A stretch of DNA of 64,000 nt from an uncultured Azospirillaceae bacterium (GTDB taxonomy: Bacteria; Pseudomonadota; Alphaproteobacteria; Rickettsiales; UBA3002). Shown one piece after another: positions 1 to 7,350 of this stretch. Location of the stretch: NCBI GenBank assembly GCA_964352815.1, contig CAYGTO010000003.1:69015-133014 (forward strand). Reading direction: 5' to 3'. Numbering within the stretch: position 1 is the first letter of the stretch; each line of letters opens with the position of its first letter. The notes beneath the pieces are model-generated. The model had not been told where the DNA came from. It searched no databases and worked only from the letters and a program-made list of their open reading frames with translations. The position numbers were made by a program, and so were the translations under genes.

Positions 1-113
1 AGGTGGAACTATGAGTATACCCTGTGCGGGGTGGTTTTCTGAACAAAAAACCATGAAAAAGCGTGAAATGTCATGAAGTTGTCACATTTCTCATGCATCG
101 CGTGCACCCTACT

Positions 114-267
114 TGTCATCCTGGCGCGCGAAACAATCGTTATCCTGGCGCATGGCACCAGGATCTACGGGCTGGGGGTGAGATGCTGGTGTCATGCACC
201 AGCATGACGTGTATTCGCTGGATTGCCTGTGACCTCGCGCTCCTGCGCTCGGCACGTGGCAATGACA
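114..267 (+). repeat. long-form composite palindromic element, copy A (degenerate)
   Basis: Starts TGTCATCCTGG and ends CGTGGCAATGACA. From 219 it carries the ~50-nt right module TGGATTGCCTGTGACC...CACGTGGCAATGACA, shared with 11721-11769, 18767-18816 and (reverse) 51634-51682. Internal 7-bp hairpin GCTGGTG/CACCAGC at 185-203. Confidence 0.7.
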
Positions 268-1026
268 TCATTCCTGAGAATCTTGCGGCTTGGGCTTGCG
301 GACCGGCATTTTCTTACGCTTCGAATTGCGCTTTGCCGTCACCATCGCGGTGAAGTTACCCTTCACCTCAGTCGGGCTTTCGGTCTGCTTCATTGGCGGC
401 GGGCCTTTCTTGCGTGGGTCTTTGAACGGCTCGATGATGAACTGTCCGCCGTCGATTTCCTTCACGATCATCTGATATTTGATCACCGGTGGGCTGCCAT
501 CATCCTGGCGCTCATAGACAATAATGTTCAGCTTATCCGTCCCCGGCACGCTGGTTTCGGGATATTCCTCATGCAGCTGCGCGAGCACATGCTGCGCCGT
601 TGCCGCATCGTCGAACTTCTTGCCGCGCTTGATCGCGCGCATGATCGGGTGGCTCCAGCCGGCATGCTTCTTTTTCGGGAATTTCTTATGCGGGTGCAGC
701 TTGATGTCGGTCAGCTCTTTTGTCGCCACCAGGCTGAATTTCCCGTCCTTTTTCTTCTTAATGGTCACCAGCGCATAATGGCCGCAATAGCCCTTCTTGA
801 TCTCGTCTTCGCTCACATCGTAATCGGCGATCCATAAGCGCAGGGCTTCTAGTTGCTTGCCCTTCTGCTCCGGCTGGTCTTTGCTTAAATGATAGGTGGT
901 TTTGAAGTCTTTGAGGCGGGCGATTGCCTGCTCTTTTTTCTCAAAGGCGAACAGCCCATTGACCACCGCTTCGACCAGTGGCTGGCTCACTTTGGCGTAA
1001 TATTTACGTTTGCGTTTGCTGCTCAT
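268..1026 (-). CDS. hypothetical Lys/Arg-rich protein
   Basis: Open frame 268..1035. ATG at 1026 (MSSKRKRKYY...) is preferred over GTG at 1035. Basic N- and C-termini and no motif I can assign. The stop TGA directly abuts repeat copy A. Confidence 0.5.
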   Translation of the reverse strand: MSSKRKRKYYAKVSQPLVEAVVNGLFAFEKKEQAIARLKDFKTTYHLSKDQPEQKGKQLEALRLWIADYDVSEDEIKKGYCGHYALVTIKKKKDGKFSLVATKELTDIKLHPHKKFPKKKHAGWSHPIMRAIKRGKKFDDAATAQHVLAQLHEEYPETSVPGTDKLNIIVYERQDDGSPPVIKYQMIVKEIDGGQFIIEPFKDPRKKGPPPMKQTESPTEVKGNFTAMVTAKRNSKRKKMPVRKPKPQDSQE

Positions 1027-1088
1027 AGCCTTCACGTTACCACAGAATAGTTAACGATATACTACTGAAAAGAAACGAAAAAAGATAG

Positions 1089-1739
1089 TTAGTTTTTGGG
1101 TGTCGATTCTTTGTTCGTTTTATCGACCGCGCCCAACTCATCGCTCTTGAGAATCGCTACATCGAGCAGCTCATGCGAGAAATCTTTCATCTGATCCGCC
1201 ACCTTATTCGCGAGGCAGAGGAACTCAATCAGCTTCTCGCGATCGCCGGTTTGGCCATGAAGAAGCTTGAAGATATCGTCGACCGAACCAACCTTTTCTT
1301 TCAAATCATAAGCAAGCATGTAGGCGAATTGCTCAAGCTTACGGCGCTGATCGATTTCATATTGCATCTCCAACCGGTTCAGCGCGTCATTGATCGCAAT
1401 GGTCAGTGTTTCGGGGCTCAGCCGATCTTTCACCAAATAGCCCTGCGCGCCGATATTCAGCGCATCAACCACCAGCTGCACATCGTCAAACCCGGTCACC
1501 ATGACAACGGGCAGCACGGGATGTGTTTTTTTCCATTCCTTCAAAATCTCAATCCCATTGGTGTCGGGGAGCATATAATCAAGCAGGACGAGGTCTGGCT
1601 TGTGTGTTTTAAATTGCTCGTGCGCTTCCAAACCCATCGATGCTTCCACCAGCACGCAATCGGCATACTTCGTCTTTTGCAGCGACGTTGTGATCTGCAT
1701 GCGCGTGACTTTAGAATCATCAACAATTAAAAATTTCAT
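1089..1739 (-). CDS. response regulator: receiver domain fused to a degenerate DHp (HisKA-like) module, no ATPase domain
   Basis: CheY-like REC with D7/D8, acceptor D54 (LVLLDYMLPD), T82 and K104. The C-terminal helices carry the H-box-like string EQFAYMLAYDLKEKV, with Tyr144 where HisKA has His. Confidence 0.75.
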   Translation of the reverse strand: MKFLIVDDSKVTRMQITTSLQKTKYADCVLVEASMGLEAHEQFKTHKPDLVLLDYMLPDTNGIEILKEWKKTHPVLPVVMVTGFDDVQLVVDALNIGAQGYLVKDRLSPETLTIAINDALNRLEMQYEIDQRRKLEQFAYMLAYDLKEKVGSVDDIFKLLHGQTGDREKLIEFLCLANKVADQMKDFSHELLDVAILKSDELGAVDKTNKESTPKN

Positions 1740-1941
1740 GGGCCCACAAGAAAATACAACCGAGAGTGTATAGATACTATCTTATATTCACGTGTTTGTC
1801 ATGTGTAATTCCCAACAGAATTGATAGGTTACTGAGGTTTAATATGGCTCTGTTTCCAATACGCAACAGGCTCATTTTCACCTAAGGGGTGTACTTTTCA
1901 GGGCGTTATCGTTATGATCCGCTCAACGATAACGGGTATCC

Positions 1942-3468
1942 ATGAGACAAATCTTACACCATTTCCACATCAGCCACCTTATTTTCATTTTGCTCATCGC
2001 CATCGGAATTCTGATTCCCGAGCAGACCGCCTCCGTGCTCGATGACATCACCTACACCTTTGGAACGCAGCTTAGCTGGATGATTCTGCTTATTTTCTCC
2101 TTCTTTATTGGCTTTGCCTTTGTGCTGGGCTTTGGCCGCTTTGGTCACGTCACGCTGGGCAGCCCCAAAGACGCGCCGGAATTCTCCTTCCTCTCATGGA
2201 TCGCCATGCTCTTCGCTGCCGGCATGGGCACTGGGCTTGTGTTCCACGGTGCGGCTGAGCCGCTTTACCACTTCACCAACCCCCCGCCCCGCGCCAATGC
2301 GGTGGTGGAAGAAGACATTGCCGCGCGCTACGCAATGGTGGTCACCTTCTTCCATTGGGGGATTCACGCCTGGGCCGTCTATGCCGTCGCCGCGGTGACC
2401 ATTGCTTATGCGACCTTCCGCAAGGGCCTGCCGATGCTCCCAAGCTCAGCACTCATGATGGATATGAGCAAGCGCTCACGCCGCATCATCGCGCTGACGG
2501 TGAATACGCTAGCCAGCATCGCGGTGGTGACGGGCCTGGTCTCTTCGCTTGGTTATGGCGTCGTGCAAATGAGCGCCGGCATTGCAGAACACTCCGCCCT
2601 ATCGCTTGGCAGTTTGAGTGACGCCGATATGCTACATTTAAAGCTCGGCGTGCTCTTCGTGCTGGTGGTGAGCTACATTGCCTCCTCTATCACAGGGATC
2701 GGCAAGGGCATCAAAATTCTCAGTAATGTGAATATGTTGGTTGCAATTACGCTCGCTCTCTTCGTGGTGTATTTTGGCCCAACTCTCTTCATCTTCCAAA
2801 GCTTTGTTAGCGGCATAGGAGACTATTTGGACCGCTTCATTAAGCTCGCCTTCAATGTCCGCCAATACAGCGATTCTGAGGGCTGGCAAAGTGACTGGAC
2901 CATCTCCTACCTGCTATGGTGGGTGGCCTGGGGGCCGTTTGTCGGCGTCTTCATCGCGCGTATCAGTAAGGGCCGCACGATTCGTGAATTCATGCTCGCC
3001 GTCATTTTTGTCCCAAGCATTTTCTCCTTCTTCTGGTTCGCCAGCCTCGGCGGGGCGGCGCTGCATATCGAGATTTTTGAGCAAAGCGGGCTGGCCGCCA
3101 TTGCGACCTCAGACCTCTCAAAAGTAACCTTCGCCCTGATGGAATATTTCCCCTATCCTGCGCTTTCGGGCGCCATTATCCTGGGGCTGATCTTTATCTT
3201 CCTAGTAACCAGCGCCGATAGCGGATCCTACGTGCTCGCCATGTTCTCATCCGATGGCCAGACCCGGCCTCCGCGGAACCACCGCTTGATATGGGGAAGC
3301 ATTATCGCACTTGTGACTGCGGCCGCTCTGATGATGGGACGCGAACTCCCCTTTATCCGCTCTTTTGCGGTCGCAGGATCGATTCCTTACCTGTTCATTA
3401 TGGTGGCGCAGTGTGTGGTGTTATGGCGAAGCTTGCAGGCAGATTTTCCGGAGAAGAAGCGGCTGTAA
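1942..3468 (+). CDS. BCCT-family (betaine/carnitine/choline) transporter
   Basis: 508 aa and polytopic. BCCT signature stretch WTISYLLWWVAWGPFVGVFIARISKGRTIREF, plus FHWGIHAWAVYA. Confidence 0.85.
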   Translation: MRQILHHFHISHLIFILLIAIGILIPEQTASVLDDITYTFGTQLSWMILLIFSFFIGFAFVLGFGRFGHVTLGSPKDAPEFSFLSWIAMLFAAGMGTGLVFHGAAEPLYHFTNPPPRANAVVEEDIAARYAMVVTFFHWGIHAWAVYAVAAVTIAYATFRKGLPMLPSSALMMDMSKRSRRIIALTVNTLASIAVVTGLVSSLGYGVVQMSAGIAEHSALSLGSLSDADMLHLKLGVLFVLVVSYIASSITGIGKGIKILSNVNMLVAITLALFVVYFGPTLFIFQSFVSGIGDYLDRFIKLAFNVRQYSDSEGWQSDWTISYLLWWVAWGPFVGVFIARISKGRTIREFMLAVIFVPSIFSFFWFASLGGAALHIEIFEQSGLAAIATSDLSKVTFALMEYFPYPALSGAIILGLIFIFLVTSADSGSYVLAMFSSDGQTRPPRNHRLIWGSIIALVTAAALMMGRELPFIRSFAVAGSIPYLFIMVAQCVVLWRSLQADFPEKKRL

Positions 3469-3497
3469 TTTAAATGTAAGTGAGAGAATAAAAGCGG

Positions 3498-3746
3498 TTA
3501 CTTGTTTTTCTTATCGTTGCCCTGCTCTGGGCTCATCCAATCGCTGATACGCTCCATTTGCTTATCGAGCATCTCAAGGCGTTTCTCTGCATTGTCCAAA
3601 TGCTTGTCATTTTTGGAGAGGCGCTTCAGCATCCCGTCAATGTTTTGATTCACCCGTGTTCCCTCGCCTTGTGGCAAACCATCATAATAATCATCATCAC
3701 GTGACATACGAATTGGGCCGCGTTGCTCGGGAATATCTACCATCAT
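3498..3746 (-). CDS. hypothetical small charged/coiled-coil protein
   Basis: 82-aa ORF in an otherwise empty gap, with an AT-rich upstream region. No recognisable motif. Confidence 0.35.
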   Translation of the reverse strand: MMVDIPEQRGPIRMSRDDDYYDGLPQGEGTRVNQNIDGMLKRLSKNDKHLDNAEKRLEMLDKQMERISDWMSPEQGNDKKNK

Positions 3747-3852
3747 CTGCCTACCTGGTTCTGGGTTTCACCCTGTTATTATCAACTTTGGAGTGTATAT
3801 ATTATCACGCCAATTGTAAATAATCAGTTACTATCCACATATTAAATTTATG

Positions 3853-4440
3853 TTAGTTCGTCACAAGCTCAGGGGCCTGTGTTTGTTCCACTCTGGGAAG
3901 CGTCACTCCGCGCTGCTTCATGTACTTTCCTTTACGGTCACCATACGATACATCGCACACCGACTCCCCTTGCAAGAACAAGAATTGGCATGCGCCTTCA
4001 TTCGCATAAATCTTCGCTGGTAGTGGCGTTGTGTTGGAGAACTCCAACGTCACATGCCCTTCCCATTCTGGCTCAAGCGGCGTCACATTCACAATAATAC
4101 CGCATCGCGCATAGGTAGATTTTCCAACACATATAACGAGCACATCGCGGGGAATACGAAAATATTCAACCGTCCGCGCCAAGGCGAAGGAATTAGGTGG
4201 AATAATGCAGACATCGGTCTGTCGATCCACGAAGCCCTTATCATCAAATGATTTCGGATCGACCACCGCCGAGTCAACATTGGTGAAGATTTTGAACTCA
4301 TCAGACACGCGCGCATCATAGCCATAGGAAGACAGGCCATAAGAAATGACTCCCTCGCGGCTGAGCTCTTCGACAAACGGCTCAATCATGCCCTCTTTCT
4401 GGGCACGATCGCGAATCCAATGATCTGGCATAATCGACAT
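3853..4440 (-). CDS. dcd: dCTP deaminase
   Basis: [11 protein letters not shown]...[14 protein letters not shown]...[20 protein letters not shown]...[36 protein letters not shown] is typical Dcd. I moved the start to ATG 4440; the track's 27-aa N-terminal extension is not Dcd-like. Confidence 0.9.
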   Translation of the reverse strand: MSIMPDHWIRDRAQKEGMIEPFVEELSREGVISYGLSSYGYDARVSDEFKIFTNVDSAVVDPKSFDDKGFVDRQTDVCIIPPNSFALARTVEYFRIPRDVLVICVGKSTYARCGIIVNVTPLEPEWEGHVTLEFSNTTPLPAKIYANEGACQFLFLQGESVCDVSYGDRKGKYMKQRGVTLPRVEQTQAPELVTN

Positions 4441-4529
4441 GAGATCAGGGTTAGCGGGCGCGGCAACGCCTGTCAATGAACAGGCGTAGGTTATAAGATA
4501 GTTATCCCACCTTATCCCCATGCGTACTC

Positions 4530-5420
4530 CTATTCGTCACACAAAGGCAGGTGCCGTTCGATCTCTGAGGCATCGAATGGGAAACGAATCACTCCACGGA
4601 TATTCTCGGATAACACCGAGTTTTTCCCAATATCCACCCCCTCTTTATTGATCATCAGCGCATAGAGCTCGTCATCGAGCTGACGCAACTGTGCGAGGAC
4701 CAGCGTGTTCTCCGACACATGCTGTGCTGCGTTGAGTACCACCATATCTGGCGCATGAAGCGCATACACCTGATAGGCCTGCAGCGCATTATTCGCGAAC
4801 ACCAGTCGGCACCCCTCGCCCATCGCTTCACGGATGGTATGCTCCATCATGCGCTGGTTGATCGCGTCCCCTTCCATCACTAACACCACCTTCTCTTGAC
4901 GGACACGGCGGCGTAAGTAGGCAAGCTCCATCACATCGCTATCATGGTTGCCCAATGTCAGTGCGGGCACAAGCCCGCTGCGTAATTCCGCATGTTCTTG
5001 TTTGAGGCTTTCGAACTCGCTAGAAAGAACGAAAGAGAGCTTGTGCGTTACGCATTTAATGATTTCACTCCAATGGGTTGCAACATTCCAAACGCGGCAA
5101 TGGTTGATAAAGTGGCCATCAAATTCTGCATTCAGGTCGTTGTTCAACAAATGAATCACGCTATCGAGTTCACTTTTACGAATCCCGAGTCCTAAGACAA
5201 TAATATCTCCATCTGGGCACGAAAAGATGCGGCCATGATAATCGCGCAGCTCAGAAGCCAATGTCTCCTGTGCCAGCTCGATCGCATGACCGCGAGCAGT
5301 CGTGTCGTTAAGTTGGGAGAGTTGTAACCATAATCCGCGCCAGCCTTTTTTCTCTTTTGCCAGCCCTGGAAGAATCTTGTTTAGCGTATCGACCGCATTG
5401 TTCGAAATATTCATCATCAT
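4530..5420 (-). CDS. hypothetical protein with C-terminal pseudo-receiver domain
   Basis: 296 aa. Residues ~177-292 follow the REC beta-alpha pattern ([10 protein letters not shown]...[10 protein letters not shown]...) but Asn230 sits at the phospho-acceptor position. A sigma-54 promoter lies just upstream. Confidence 0.55.
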   Translation of the reverse strand: MMMNISNNAVDTLNKILPGLAKEKKGWRGLWLQLSQLNDTTARGHAIELAQETLASELRDYHGRIFSCPDGDIIVLGLGIRKSELDSVIHLLNNDLNAEFDGHFINHCRVWNVATHWSEIIKCVTHKLSFVLSSEFESLKQEHAELRSGLVPALTLGNHDSDVMELAYLRRRVRQEKVVLVMEGDAINQRMMEHTIREAMGEGCRLVFANNALQAYQVYALHAPDMVVLNAAQHVSENTLVLAQLRQLDDELYALMINKEGVDIGKNSVLSENIRGVIRFPFDASEIERHLPLCDE

Positions 5421-5466
5421 CTTGCCTCTAACCTAACTTTTTTTGTGTTGTTATACCCCCCACTAA

Positions 5467-5483
5467 AGCAACCGGCATGCCAG
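5467..5483 (-). promoter_or_regulatory. sigma-54 (-24/-12) promoter for the 4530..5420 gene
   Basis: The minus strand reads CTGGCATGCCGGTTGCT, i.e. TGGCAT-N5-TTGCT with canonical GG/GC spacing (consensus TGGCAC-N5-TTGCW). It lies 46 nt (5421-5466) upstream of the ATG at 5420. An NtrC-type activator gene is divergent, ~235 nt away. Confidence 0.7.
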
Positions 5484-5717
5484 CTTTTCGATTGAGATAA
5501 AATTAAATAAGATACTGATATACATAGCGAAATAAAGCTTCAATTTGCTATAAATTCGGGCAAAATGGTGATATTCCCATTGTGAACTTCCCAATGTGAG
5601 AAACCTTCCCAAAAACAGAAAAATTGTAATGCTTTCTTAAGGATTGCGTGATAGTATATTGAAATATAAATGTATTTTATACAAATTATTACGCAAGGCT
5701 AAAGGGGAGGCTTAAAG

Positions 5718-7214
5718 ATGATAGATCGCGTCGTAAACGTGCTGATTGCTGAGGATGACGCCACCCAGCGCACCCTTCTATCAAAGCTGCTCCAGAATCG
5801 CTTTGGTCACGAGACGGTGGAGGCCGAGAATGGCCGCCAGGCGATTGATATGATCATCGCCGATACCGACCATGCCATCGATATTGTCATTATGGATCTC
5901 GATATGCCGCTGATTGATGGCCGCGTCGCGCTGCGCCATATCCGAAAGATCCGTGAAAATCTGCCTGTCATCATTGTCACCTCGCATCGTGACGCAAATG
6001 ACGTCGAAGAATGCATGGAAGCCGGGGCGAATGACTTCCTAAACAAGCCAATTTCCCCGGAACGGATCCATGTGTCGGTCCAGAACGCGCTACGTCTCTC
6101 AGAGCTAGATCGTGAGCTCCAAGCGCTACGGACCGGTCAACCGCTTAGCGGCGCCTTTACGGAGATGATTGGCCACGACACCGGCCTGCGCACCACCGTG
6201 AAACTGGCACAGCGCGGCGCGGCGTCCGACATCACCATTCTTGTTACCGGCGAAAGCGGGGTAGGTAAAGAAGTACTCGCTCGTGCTATCCATGAAGAGA
6301 GCGCACGCTCAGGCAAACCCTTTGTCGCAGTCAATTGCGGCGCGATCCCGTCAGAGCTTGTCGAAAGCACGCTTTTTGGTCATAAGAAAGGCGCATTCAC
6401 CGGCGCGATTGCCGATAGCCCGGGTAAATTTCGCGAGGCAGATGGCGGCACGCTCTTTCTAGATGAAATCGGCGAATTGGCACCCGAAGCCCAGGTCCGC
6501 TTGCTCCGCGCCCTTCAACAGCGAGAAATCGAGCCCGTCGGCGAAGGCCAGTCCGTTCCGGTCAATGTCCGTATCATCGCCGCCACCCATCGTAATCTTG
6601 CACAAGAAGTCGAACGCAACCATTTTCGGGAAGATCTCTTTTATCGCCTCAACATCTTTCCCGTCCACCTCCCACCCCTGCGCGAGCGAAAACAGGACAT
6701 CCTGCCCCTCGCTCATTATTTCCTCGAGCGCTATAATCAGAGCGAAAACACCGAGATTGAAGGTTTCACCTTAGAAGCAGAAAATTGGTTAAAACAAAAC
6801 GTTTGGCAAGGGAATGTACGCGAGCTTGAAAATGCGCTCTACCGCGCCGTACTCTTAACCGAAGGGCGACGCATCGGCCTCTCCAGCCTTGCCCCAGCTA
6901 GTTCTTATGAGAGCTCCGCTTCCGCCTCGATCGGTCATGAGATCCCCGACGACATCCCCGATATGAGCGCCGCGCTGAGCCAGATTGCCGAAGCCATCGC
7001 CCCTTCTGCCGACAAACAGCCCGCAGCCAAGAGCGATCCGCTTACCATCGCCTTGCTGAGCGATGACGGTTCTTTTAAGCCGTATGAGCAGATTCGCGAT
7101 GAAATCTACCAGCTGGCACTGAACGCCCATCAGGGGCATATTATGGACGCCGCCAAAGCGCTCAATATCGGCAAATCCACGCTCTACCGGCATGTCGGTG
7201 GCAAAGAATCTTAG
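5718..7214 (+). CDS. sigma-54-dependent response regulator (NtrC family: REC + AAA+ + Fis-type HTH)
   Basis: REC with [13 protein letters not shown]. Walker A GESGVGKE, intact GAFTGA loop ([10 protein letters not shown]), Walker [10 protein letters not shown], and a C-terminal HTH ([11 protein letters not shown]). Strong SD AGGGGAGG. Confidence 0.9.
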   Translation: MIDRVVNVLIAEDDATQRTLLSKLLQNRFGHETVEAENGRQAIDMIIADTDHAIDIVIMDLDMPLIDGRVALRHIRKIRENLPVIIVTSHRDANDVEECMEAGANDFLNKPISPERIHVSVQNALRLSELDRELQALRTGQPLSGAFTEMIGHDTGLRTTVKLAQRGAASDITILVTGESGVGKEVLARAIHEESARSGKPFVAVNCGAIPSELVESTLFGHKKGAFTGAIADSPGKFREADGGTLFLDEIGELAPEAQVRLLRALQQREIEPVGEGQSVPVNVRIIAATHRNLAQEVERNHFREDLFYRLNIFPVHLPPLRERKQDILPLAHYFLERYNQSENTEIEGFTLEAENWLKQNVWQGNVRELENALYRAVLLTEGRRIGLSSLAPASSYESSASASIGHEIPDDIPDMSAALSQIAEAIAPSADKQPAAKSDPLTIALLSDDGSFKPYEQIRDEIYQLALNAHQGHIMDAAKALNIGKSTLYRHVGGKES

Positions 7215-7350
7215 AAAACAGCCATAAATCTTAAGAACTGTCATAAAACCGTCATATGGCTGTGCTTTACTGTATAATAAAGCACATTTAATAGTTGCGA
7301 ATAATTCTCATTATCATTATGAGAGAGCAGCAAAGAAGAAAGAAGCATCT

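Noticed and set aside
63-837. Plus-strand ORFs 63..353 and 223..837 at the left edge of the window.
   Set aside because: They start inside repeat copy A and run antisense to the better-supported 268..1026 gene.
7215-7350. Sigma-54 promoter in front of the P-type ATPase-like gene.
   Set aside because: TGGCTGTGCTTTACT has GG but no GC at the -12 position. Only a sigma-70 extended -10 (TGTATAAT) is convincing, so direct control by the adjacent activator is not supported by the sequence.
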